Shown here in pieces: positions 27,792-38,858 of a DNA stretch of 64,000 nt. Made by a program: the position numbers and the translations under genes. Numbering within the stretch: position 1 is the stretch's first letter; every line of letters begins with the position of its first letter. The notes under the pieces were generated by a model, which searched no databases, had not been told where the DNA came from, and worked only from the letters and a program-made list of their open reading frames with translations. Origin of the DNA: Lama guanicoe. Lineage: Eukaryota. Where the stretch lies: positions 19,486,819-19,550,818 of the forward strand of contig MU054323.1 in assembly GCA_013239625.1 (NCBI GenBank). The letters run 5' to 3'.

Positions 27792-29117
27792 GACTTATAG
27801 ATATATATACCATGAGGAAAAGAGGCTATCTGTGACGTGGAATTATTTTTTTCTTCTTTTTTGTTTATCTGAATTTTCTATGTACACATAGGAATATGAA
27901 TAATTTCAATTCTCATAAAAATAAAATACTCAGTGTAAGTGAGATCACTGTGTAGAAGGGACCCCAGATCAGAGATCTGTTACCTCTATCTGATTGCCCC
28001 GTAATGGGTTGCGCAAAACTGACAGGCACATGCATCCTGGGCAGCATGTGCTATAGATTTTCCTGCTCAGCAAAATTTGCAAGTCAGTCGATTGTCCATA
28101 TAGAAGTTGAATAAAAGGCTCATCCATTATACTGAATTCAAGGTCACTTACCCCTATGCAACTGGAAAAACAATACAAATAAAATACACAGTCTGCATTG
28201 TTCTCATCATTCATATCTGTCAGAGCTAATTAAAAATAGATTTTTTTCCCCCATTGTTTTGTACTCAGAAAAATTAAAGTTCTTGTTTGTTTACTTTGTA
28301 CTACCAAGAAATAGCATGTAATGAAAGCTGCCAACCTTAAAATATGGTATCTTTTTATCTTAGAAACTGGAACTACACTTAGTTTTCTCATTTTTTCCAT
28401 CTTTACTGTCATTGTTCAATGCCAAAATGTTCTTTGGAGAGTGCATAGAAAAAAAGACCACATCCATTTCCAATAACTCATAGAAGAGAGTAGATCTCAA
28501 TGAGCTTTTGCAAAGGGCGCAGTGGAAGAGAAAAACTTTTGAGTGAATTACTATGAAAAAATTGCAGTATGCAAGAACTTTTGTTTGACAGTTTTTGACT
28601 GAAAAATTATAAGGTATCCATGTGATTTCTCAAGGCATTCATTTTCTTCAAATTAGACACTGGTTCAAATACTCTTTTTAAATAGCATTGCTTGGAGGTA
28701 TGCTTTTTCTGAGGGGGAAAAATATATACTGAAGTGTAGTCTGGCATTACCCCTGGCCTAATGGTCCATTAGCTTTATACTCCAGAATTTAATGAGAAGG
28801 ATTTCAGAAAACTTTCAAGTCAACATGTTGAGTGAGGAGGTGGGTGGGTGGATGGAGGATGGGGAGGATAAATGATGCATGCTGCTTCTGGTCTGTTTTT
28901 AGCAGATTTTCTAAAAGAAATTATTTTGGTTCATTCTTAGCTTTCAAGCCATCATCTGGAAAATATATTGCTGCTTTTGAATGGAATGCTGAATTTCAGA
29001 GTAATAGGTAAGTCCTTCTGTTAGAGCAAAATAAAATATTTTGGCTTCTATAAATATAACTTATGTATGAAATGCATTTTTAGACCACTAAGTCCAAGAG
29101 ATCTTGCCCAAGGTCAC

Positions 29118-29689
29118 TGTGGTAGGCAGAATTTTGGCCCCATGACCTTTGCTCCCTGGTGTTACTCCAGTGAATATGTTATTTGCATTGTTACATAATC
29201 ACATGGCAGATGTAATTAAAGTCACTAATCAGTTAAACTACTAATCAGTTAAATTTAGGAGATTATCCTGGAGTAGTCAGTGAGTCTAACCTAATCAAAA
29301 GAGACCTTGAAAGCAGAAATCTTTCTCTGGTTCATAGCAGATGAAGTCAAGAGTCAAAGAATGAGGACTTGATATGCCATTTTTTACTTGAGGGTGAAGA
29401 GAGCCACATTTTAAGTAAATGTGAACCTTGGCTCTACAATAGCAAGAAACTGAATTCAGCCAACACCTTGAATGAGTTTGGAATTGGAATCTCCCGCAGA
29501 ACTTTCAGATTAGAGCCCCAACTAGCCAACTTCTTGATTTCAGTCTTATGAAGCCCTGAGTAGAGGATGCTTCTGGACCATGCTTTACCTAAACCTCTGA
29601 CTTACAGAACTATGAGATACTAAGTGGCTGTTATTCTAAACTGCCAAGTTGATAGTAATCCTTAACAGCATCAATAGAAAATGAACACG
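29118..29689 (+). mobile_element. MaLR solo LTR (MLT1D/E-like) inserted into a MIR, with 5-bp TSD
   Basis: Starts tgtggtaggcagaatt, ends gaaaatgaacacg; GTCAC at 29113-29117 and 29690-29694 splits the MIR motif cttgcccaaggtcacacag. Confidence 0.8.
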
Positions 29690-30139
29690 GTCACACAGTA
29701 GAGAAGGGGTCCAGTCAGTTGCTGGGCCAGACCTAGGCTGTCTGACTCTAAATCCCACAATCTAAATCCCACTCTTAGACACCACACCACACTGCTGCTA
29801 ACCACCCTCTCCACCAAGTGGATCAGCACATGCCACCGTCCTTGTCACTGCCCCCAGCTTCCTCTCTCACCCAGGGTCACTGCCCCCCTTATGTGGCCAG
29901 GGGAATTGGTGCAGCTGACCGCTCAGGGAGGCCCACAGTGTCTCACACACAAGGCAAAGCCACATGTTCACGAGCCTCCAGACCATTGCCTTCCAGCCCC
30001 ACAGCAGCCCCAGGACCCTGGATGTTGAACCAGCAGTGCCTTTAGGGGGTTCAACTGCAGTTGGGAGAGAACTGTGGACTCTTCTCCTAACCCCAATGTT
30101 GAGCACTGTAGCTTCTCCAGGACTGAACAATATTTCAGT

Positions 30140-30375
30140 CTGTGTAAGATAGCGGAAATAATGCAAGCTCTGGTATCCTGCTGCCAGAGTTCAAACCTGG
30201 GGTTGAGCCTTTACCAGCTACGTGACTTGGGCAAGTTACTTAACATCCCGGAACCTGTGTTTCCACTGTAAAATGGAGGTAAAAACAGTTCCACCCCAAA
30301 GATCTATGGGGAGCACTAAATGAAATAATGATCAGATGCTTAGTGTAGTTCCTGACATGCAATAAATGCACGATT
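30140..30375 (+). mobile_element. MIR SINE
   Basis: gttcaaacctgg...gtgacttgggcaagttacttaac...tttccactgtaaaatggagg. Confidence 0.75.
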
Positions 30376-32422
30376 GCATTATCTTTTGTTCTTTTCTTCC
30401 TACCACTCATTACCAGGAATGGGACAGCCCTCCCTCCCTTCCGACCTATTTGGTTAGTTCTCCCAGTGGAAACTCACACCCTCTTATTACCTTAAAATGT
30501 GTTTCCCATGCTCTTTGGTTCAGTGATACCAAACTTGCTTGATTTTAAGAAACATCTGAATTACTTGTTAAAAGTACAAACTCACAGGCCCCGTCTCTGG
30601 AACTTCTGTTTCAGGAAATCTGGAGTAGGAAGTCAGGAAGGCTCCAGAAATCTGCATTTTTATCAAGGACCTCAAATGATTCTTATGAACTGTCCTGGTT
30701 AGGGAGTAAGACCTATGTAATCCTGGGTGTTTCTATGCACTGATAGTGGGGGGAGACCCATGTGCCAGGATACCCAAAAAAGCCAGGAACTTTCTAGTGC
30801 CACCCTGGGCACTGTCACAGGATAGCAAGATGTCATTAAGAAAAAACGCAAGCATACCCCAACTAACGCCAAGTTTCTAACAGCAACTTCATAGGCCCTT
30901 AAGAAAGGGTTCCTTCCACCCTACTCTCTGCCATTCAAAGTGGCTGGTTAAGGCTAACATTATTTGGGGAAGAAGGCACAGAACGAGAGCTATTCTGCCA
31001 GGCTGTGGTAGAGCACAAAGCAACGAAGCATGGCCTCGCTAACAGCGCTGGCACAGAGGAAACACTCAGTAAGCGGCTATTGGTTTATGTAACTCCTGAC
31101 CAAATGTGTACCACTTAGTGACAGGCCAGAGATGCTGCATTACCTGTCTGCCACGGGGTCTGCTGGCTGCATGAGGTTCATAAACATCTTCAAGTCGCTG
31201 TGCATCTTACAAGTGCCTAGATCCCAAGGGTCATGGATAAAGGTGGGTGGGTTTATGTGAAGCTAGTTAAACTTAAGTCCTGGCAAGGTGTTTACATGGT
31301 CATATATTTTGATAAAAATTTGCAAAAAGAAGGCATTTTTGTACTCTTTTCCTTATGAGGGAGCCCAAAATTCTACAGCTCCAGGCTCCATAAAACCTGG
31401 ATTGACCACCATGGCTTCTCAAAGGGAACTGCAAAGAGCACGGGGAAATAGGATGCTTGAGAGAGCCATGCCCTCCTTGCAACTTGGAGCCCCCAGCACC
31501 AACACATTACGCTCTCAGTGTGTCACCAAACTGTGGTCCCTTGCCTCAGGCACTGTTGATACCCTGTCCTTCCACACCCAGCCAGCAGTGCAGAGCTCCC
31601 ACCCTTGCCTGATCCCAGAAGCTGCAAGGAGTCAAGGAAGACCTTCCACAGCCCTGCAAATCACTCAGACTCCTATTCCTTGTCCCAGGGCTGGGAGTTT
31701 CTTTTCCCCACTCCCACCCACCTCCCACATGTGCCAATTCCATTTCAGCCCCAGTCTGGGGTCCCCGACTCCATCCCCCACTCAATGATCATGCTTTCCA
31801 ACTGTAAACAGCAAGGTGGCAATTTTTAAAAATGCTGATGCCTTATGCCCAACCAGTTGCTCTGCAAACATTCTGTGATTTAATTTGAAATATTTGCTTT
31901 ATGTAATTTGTAGATTTTAGCTATTGGACTAAGATCATTCACAGAAATAGATTGTAATTTACTGCTGTTTCTCTGGGTTTTTTTTTATTACTGCATAAGT
32001 AAAACCCACTGTTAGCTAGCACTGTGGGGAAATGCTGGTGTTATGCGGTGTGCATTTTAATTGGCTGCACAACCACCGTCTCTTCTTCCAGCAACCCTGC
32101 GTGTCTGCAGTAATGCCTGTGCACAATTCTCAGATCCCATTAGGTGCCTGTAATCCATGGCCTTGCAATAAACCTGTGGTCTGATTTTCCAATTGTCAGC
32201 CCTGCAGATGCTTTCAGAGTGAAGGGCCTCGAACAGAGGACACCCAGGCTCGGGGAAGTTGGCATGAGTGTGAGCAGGTTTGGAGGAAGCTTAGCACCGA
32301 GCATGGGTTTTTCTCCTTTGGTTGTGTTCCCTGCAGCCGTCAGGGTTGATGACTCTGGTGAGGCTGGAACATGGGCCAGCAGCTCTCCCTTTGTGCTGTT
32401 TCTCACAGGAAGAAACAGGGCA

Positions 32423-33101
32423 GCGGAAGGGGCGGGGCCGGAGCCGTGAGAGGCTGCCTCCCCAGCTTCCTCCCTCCCTCCTGCGCCCTGGGAGATGCTG
32501 CTCCCGGTGTCCCACCGGCGCCCGGGGCTTCGTCGTGCCCTAAGTCTGAGGCAGATTCCAGACGACAGTTACAACCCAGAGATCCTTTACGTGGAGCTGT
32601 GGATGCTGCCCGTGTTGTTCGGCCCAGACTAAGAACTGATGACGGCGTTCCACCGGTGGTTCGGGGTCTTACTCGTGGTGAGCGCGGTCCCAGGATACGG
32701 AGTCCTGATCTTCATTATTGGGCTGCCCTTCTACCAGCATCTTACGATGCTCCTCATCGTGGCGATGTCTTTCCAGCTTCGGATCCGCGAAAACCGAGCC
32801 AGAGCTCGGACCAGACGGCTGCTAAATTCTGCGTGGGCCTCCGGACGCTCTGTTTAAGGCTGGGACCAGTCCTGAATCCCTTATCCTTATCCAGAAGTCG
32901 GCTCGTGGCGGACCTCACCACAGGGACGGCGTTGCTGGGGGATGGAGGCCAGGCGGCTAAGGCACTGTGAAAGATGCAGATGATGATGGGTGTGGAGACC
33001 ACCATCCTTAATTCTGTCACCTTCAAGTTATTGCAAGCTCGAGCTTTTAAGGAAAGTTTCAGTGGTTTTATAATAAATGATCTTTATTGGTTAAAATAAA
33101 A
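32423..33101 (+). pseudogene. Processed (retro)pseudogene of a divergent OOEP/KHDC3L/DPPA5/KHDC1-family atypical KH-domain gene; reading frame 32495-32857 with one in-frame TAA at 32630-32632
   Basis: ATG at 32495 reads MLLPVSHRRPGLRRALSLRQIPDDSYNPEILYVELWMLPVLFGPD*ELMTAFHRWFGVLLVVSAVPGYGVLIFIIGLPFYQHLTMLLIVAMSFQLRIRENRARARTRRLLNSAWASGRSV*. The motifs PxxxYxExWxxxxLFGPD, LLxV, IxxxGxPxxQ and RExRARA match OOEP as recalled. No introns. AATAAA at 33072-33077 and an A-rich tail at ~33093-33101. Identical direct repeats AAGAAACAGGGCA at 32410-32422 and 33102-33114. Confidence 0.85.
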
Positions 33102-33185
33102 AAGAAACAGGGCACACAAGTGGCAACAGAATGAACAGGGGCTTCAGAGTCTTAATAGGATAATTTCCATCCCATTCTGCAGGTT

Positions 33186-33740
33186 CTTTTTTTTTTAATT
33201 GAAGTATAGTTGCCTTACAATATTTTTTTCTCATTATATTTGTTACTTTTTTTGAAGTAAAGTTGATTTACAATGTTGTGTTAGTTTCTGGGGTACAGTA
33301 TAGTGACTCAGTTATACATATATTTTTTCATATTATTTTTCATTATATGTTATTATAAGATATTGAATATAGTTCCCTGTGCTCTACAGTAGGACCTTGT
33401 GTTTACCTATTTTATATATTGTAGTTTGTATCTGCTAATCCGCAACTCCTAATTTATCTCTGCCTCTCTCCTTTTCCCCTTTGGTAACCATAAGTTTGTT
33501 TTCTATGTCTGTGAGTCTGTTTCTGTTTTGTATATAGATGCATTTGTAATATTTTTAGATTCCATATACAAGTGATATCATATGATACTTGTCTTAATTA
33601 GCTGTCTGACAATTTCCTAAGTACAATATTCTCTCGGTTCATTCATGTTGCTGCAAAATGGCAATATTTCACTCTTTTCTATGGCTGAGTAATATTCCAT
33701 TGTGTGTGTATGTATGTGTGTGTATATCATATTTATATAT
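33186..33740 (-). mobile_element. Young L1 3' end (apparently two stacked tails)
   Basis: Poly-T aattgaagtatagttg at 33186 and tttttttgaagtaaagttgatttacaatg at ~33247; ccctttggtaaccataagtttgttttctatgtctgtgag. Confidence 0.85.
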
Positions 33741-34299
33741 AGATTCTTTTAGTCAACAAACACATACATACTCCGTGCCAGCCACTGTGCTTGGCACTGG
33801 GGCTATCGCAATGCATAATACACAGTCTTTGTTCTTAGTAAGTTCACATTCTAGTAAGGGAAGGAAAACATTCACATAAATAACTACATTGCATCACCAC
33901 AGATTTTGCTAGAGACATGAGGAACTACTTAATGTAATGGAAAGAACATGGTCTTTGGAATCACAGAGACTAGGGTTCAAATGCCACTTTTGCAGTATGT
34001 TCAGCTCTACCACCTTTGGAAAAGCTACTTCATCAAAGAACTGTGATTTCCTTACAGCAACAGAACCCTACCCTGCAGAGTGCTGAGAAGTCCCACAGCT
34101 GCAAGGAGGGGGAAGCGGGGTAGCTGCTGAAAGCATCCTTCTCCCCGGTGCTCTTTCCAGCTCCAATCCCCCTTATAGGAGGTTCCGTGGGGGATGCAGT
34201 GATGACGATTAGAAATGGCAGATGTCAAGTAGCTCGTACAGTCATAGGCATTTGAGAAATGGTAGTTCTCACTTATGACAACTATTAGGGAAACACCAT

Positions 34300-35250
34300 T
34301 TCTCGTGTCCCTGGGCTATTTCAATAATCACCGAACTCCAGTCTCTCCTCCCCCTGTGCCTCCTTAGCGCATCCCAGGAGAGCTCCTTCTGCAAAGCAAA
34401 GCTTATCTGTTAAGGATCTGCTTTAAATGCTTAGCAGCTCCACCTCTCTGGGAGAAACTTCATCTTCTTGGTAGAGTCGAGGGCACCGCAGTGTCTCCTG
34501 CCTTCCTCCAGCTCACTGCCGGCAACACCTCCCACCGTCTCCCTCCGCTCCATGCAGAGCCACTTCCCTGCCACGTCCCTTCCCCCTGCCTTCTCATTTG
34601 GGACCTTCTGTTCCCATGGTTGTCTTTCCAGTCCAACCACATCTGCTTGTTCACATGCCTTCGAGACGCCACACGCCATCCACCATCCTGTTCTCCACAG
34701 CGACTAACAGAATCCAACACCACCAGCAAGCCCCCGCAACTGCTCCCTCCACTTTCTTATTTGCTCCTCTCTAACCCTTTCTCCAAACGGCAGCGAGGCT
34801 GGGCGTTACACATCAATCCCACCAGGCCATGCGCTTCCTTAAAACCTTCAGTGGCTCCCCCGTCATCACACTCGGGGGAAACCCATCTCCCGACCGTGGC
34901 CTGCAAGGCTCTGCCTGATCTGACTCCCCACGCTGTCCCACTTGCTCGCTGTGCTCCAGCCACCCTGGCCAGTCTGCAGTTCCTCCAGCCCGAGCCCTTT
35001 CTCCCCCTCCTGAATGTCGGCCTCCACGTCGAGAATACGAACCGTGTCATTTGCCGCGCTACCGCCCACACAGTCTTCCCGGCTCAGCTCCGGGGCCACG
35101 CCCTCCGGAAGCCCTTGCCTGCCTCCCGGGACAGAATCGTGGCTCTGATTCTCTCTCATCAGACCCTGCTCTTTTCTTGCATGATATGAGTTATAATCTG
35201 TAATTTCTTAATGACCTTCTTCCCCTCTAGACTGCAGCTTCCACGAGGAT
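34300..35250 (+). mobile_element. LINE-2 fragment, unusually CpG-rich
   Basis: L2 motifs (aaaaccttcagtggctcccc; ggcctgcaaggctctgcctgatctg; gctccagccaccctggcc; ctctagactgcagcttccacgagg). Confidence 0.6.
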
Positions 35251-35400
35251 GGGACCTGAGCTCGGACCGAAGCCCAGCGCCCCGCCCACGCGTCTGTGGG
35301 CAGCCGTCTCGGGGAAGGCTTCCCGCGGCCCCTGCTCTCCGCCCTCCCCCGCGCCTCCGGGAGGGCCGCGGCCTGCGCCCGCACGCGTCTCTGTTATACA
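34780..35400. promoter_or_regulatory. CpG island / candidate promoter with GC boxes
   Basis: About 45 CpGs in ~620 bp by hand count in an otherwise CpG-depleted window; GC-box motifs CCCGCCC (~35281) and CCGCCC (~35339). Confidence 0.65.
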
Positions 35401-36549
35401 CTGCTCTGAAGTACTCTCTTTCTGTGGAAATTTCTCCCCACAGGAATGTGAGCTTCCCAACACCAGGGCTATTCTGTGTGTCCCCCGCAGAGCAAAGCAT
35501 CCTCCCCCCACTACCAGATCTAGAGTCAAGATTAACCTTCGAAACCTGCAGACAAAAATGTAAAAGCCCTGCTTTCAGATAACATTGTGACCAAATGCAA
35601 ACAAACAAACAAAAATCACTTTAAATTTACTGAATATACGGAAAATGCTTGCGTTCATTAAGGAGTCAAATTGAGTACGTAAGTGGAGTAGTGCTGACAC
35701 TAAATGGCCACCCTACCTTACTCCTGAGAGGGCTTCAGCTTGTTTTTCCTCCTGGTCCTGAAGCCTCCAACACCCTGAGGGACAGAAGACCTTGTTCAGG
35801 AACCTAGAAGAGAAGGATGAAAAATGTTAGGAGAAGGGTAAGGACAGGAGGCTAGGAAGGGCAAGAAGAGGCAGCACACTGAGGAGCAAAGAGCTTGATC
35901 TCTGACATCAGACCGTCAAACTGTGTGGATTCCCCCTCCCTTCCCCTCAACTCCACTCCCACCGCGGATCTGGCCTTGGGCAGGACCCTTGACCTCTTTA
36001 GACCTATGCTTCCTCGGCTGAAAAGTGAAGATACAGTTGCCTTGGCAGGTTGTCCTGAGAATTAGATGATGTAAAGTGAGTCTGGCATGGATGTGAAAGC
36101 ACCTAGCAGTCATCGGGCACAGCCTCCATTCATTTGTACTTGCTCATTCAAGTATTTATTCAGCTCCTGCTGTGTGCCGAAAACTGCTGAGGCTACCAGG
36201 AGAGCACAAACTAACATATTTGCACACTCACAGAGCGTACAGTCTCTTCAGGGATACAAACATTCAAATAATCAAAGGTAAACATGCACCTGTAGTTGGT
36301 GCTATAGAGGAGGTGACACTGTGAGCTCCTGTTACAAAGGAGAGGAGTCCCTGGCCCAGTGCAGACCCTGCAGGCAGCTGGCCTCACTTTAATTTCTAGC
36401 ATTGCCACTTACTAAGATAGATGACTTTGGGCAAGTCAGTGTACTTACTGTCTTATGTTTCTGTTTATTCATCTGTTAGAGAGAGGTAATAGTAGTATCT
36501 ATCACATAGGGCTGTTATGAAGATTAAATAAGTTAACAGAGAAAAGACT

Positions 36550-37085
36550 GAAGACATGGAAGCAACCTAAATGTCCACTGACAGATGACTAGATAAAGAA
36601 GATATTATATATATAATGGAATACTACTCAGCCATAAAAAAGAATGAAACCATGCCATTTGCAGCAACATGGATGGACCGAGAGATTATCATACTAAGTA
36701 AAGTAAGTCAAAGATAAATATCATATATCACTTATATGTGGAATCTAAAAATAAATGATACAAAGGAACTGATTTATAAAATAGAAACAGTCTCACAGAC
36801 ACAGAAAACAAACTATGGTTACCAAAATGGGAAAGGGAGGCAGATAAATTAGGAGTTTGGAATTAACAGATACACACTACTATATATAAAGTAAACAAGG
36901 ATCTACAGTATAGCACAGAGAACTATATTCAGTATCTTGTAATAACCTATAATGGGGAAGAATCTAAAAAAGAATGTGTAATATATATACACATACATAT
37001 AACTGAATCACTATGCTGTACACCTGAAACTAACACAGCATTGTAAATCAATGATACTTCAATAAAAAAATTTAAAAATAAAAAC
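36550..37085 (+). mobile_element. Young L1 3' end inserted into a MIR
   Basis: aagacatggaagcaacctaaatgtccac...aatggaatactactcagccataaaaaagaatg...cttcaataaaaaaa. Confidence 0.88.
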
Positions 37086-38842
37086 AGAAAGAGGGCTGGT
37101 GGTTGATAACTACTGTATAAGGATTTGCTATTTCATTATTATTACTTTGCCTAATTGGAGTGGTAAAGAAGGATTCCTAAGAAGTAACATTTGAACTGAG
37201 ATCTTCAAGGATGAGTAGTATTCACTAGGTGACAGGAGGGAGGGAAAAGCCTAAGCAAAGGTCCACAGGTGGAAAGGATAGTAGCAAATCCAAGGACGTG
37301 AATGTGCTACTAGGGCTGCAGTTGAGAAATGAAGTCAGACCCGGCAGGACTTTGGAAGTCACGGCAAGACTTTCATCTTCATCCTACGGGCAATGGGAGT
37401 CTTCGGGTTTTGTGAGCAGGAAGAACATCACTGTAACTTCAGAGCAGAGAAGAGGCTAATGAAGGGACAGAGTGAATGCAGGAACAGCAGCTGGAAGTTT
37501 ACTGTAGAGCTCTGGAAGAAGTGAGGATGACATGGACAAGAGATGAGACAGATGAGACATGGAATGGATTTAAGAGGTGTTTTGGAGATAAAATTGACAA
37601 GACTTTGCTGATGGGGCAAGAGGTAGAGGGAAAAGAAGCAGAGAGAGATGGCCAGCATGGCTCCCAGTTATCTGGCTTGCAAAACTGAATGGACGGCAGA
37701 GCTCTGCACTGGAGCTGAAGATGGAGAACCATGAAGCAGATCCTTACAGAGGGTCATGGAATGCAACTGAGGTCAGGGTGCCATCTAAATAACAAAGTAT
37801 GTGAGTGATCAGAGGTGCTCTTCCCCTGGAGAAGTCCCTTGACCTGTATATCTTATATTCCATTAATAGTCCTGCAGACAGGCAGAACAACTGATCATCC
37901 GAAGGTCATTTACATTTGGCCATGGGATGCAGTGATGTGTCGACTATATACACTTAACATGCTCTTTCTAGCCCAGACAGTCCTCCACCTCAGGCCCCTC
38001 TCAGCAGCCAGAGACCAGCAAAAGGAGAAAGAATAAGGTTCTGACTCAGTGGTCCACTGAAGCAAAGAGATGACTGTATCTTCACAAGTCACCAGGATAA
38101 AACCATGTTCTCCTCAGTGTGTGAAAAACCCAGGTAAGTTGTCATGGGAACATCATTATTATTTCTAGCTGCCCTGTGTGAGCACTTACAGTGTGCCTGG
38201 TGCTTCATCCACCCTGTCTAGCGCCTTCATACTGTCTGCCACCTATCATGACAGGAAAAAAGATTCAAAGAGAGTGACTTACCGAGGCTATACAGCCAGT
38301 GGGTGACAGAGCAGGTATCTGGACCCAAGTCTGCATGACTCTGAGGCCAATCTTCTTTTTTTAACCTTAGTGAATTTCTTTAACTGAGCAACACTTTAGC
38401 ATTGACTCCTATATGCAAAGCAGGCATTTCCAGGTGGTTAAACACAGGTTAGGTGAAGCCCTTGGCCACACAATAGAACAAAGCTAATTGGCCTCTGCAG
38501 AGATCAAAACCACGACCTTGTCCTTATTTGATCGTTCTGCCAATGGAGCGCTCAAGGCAAACTTGCCATCAAATGGCTATCAAGCGTTTTATTTCCCTAC
38601 GTTTTGCTTAGGTTGCTCATTTATTCAAAGAGCTCAGCCTTTCAAAATAAGCCACTTCGTGTAAGAGAAAGAAGCGATGAGTCTACAAATTATCAAATGG
38701 AAAGGCTTTTAACAGGATTTGCCAAGGACTTAAAAGGTAGGCAGTAGGGGGCTGGAAACCTACCTTTGGAGATGAGCAGAACAAGCTCCCAGATCCTGGC
38801 CCTCAGGAATGGGTGCCCTTTACTGGCCTTGCCACGTGCTCA

Positions 38843-38858
38843 CACTGCCACCTGCTGG
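38843..38858 (-). promoter_or_regulatory. CTCF core motif
   Basis: Minus strand reads CCAGCAGGTGGCAGTG, a near-perfect match to the CTCF consensus CCASYAGRKGGCRS, in non-repeat sequence. Confidence 0.55.

Noticed and set aside
32371..32970. 199-aa ORF in the track
   Set aside because: Shadow frame of the GC-rich retrocopy. It starts outside the 5' TSD and has no recognisable motifs; the homologous frame is 32495-32857.
34431..35608. Cluster of long overlapping ORFs (232, 149, 123 and 104 aa)
   Set aside because: Expected from stop-codon scarcity in a GC-rich island and L2 relic; low-complexity P/R/G/A composition on both strands.
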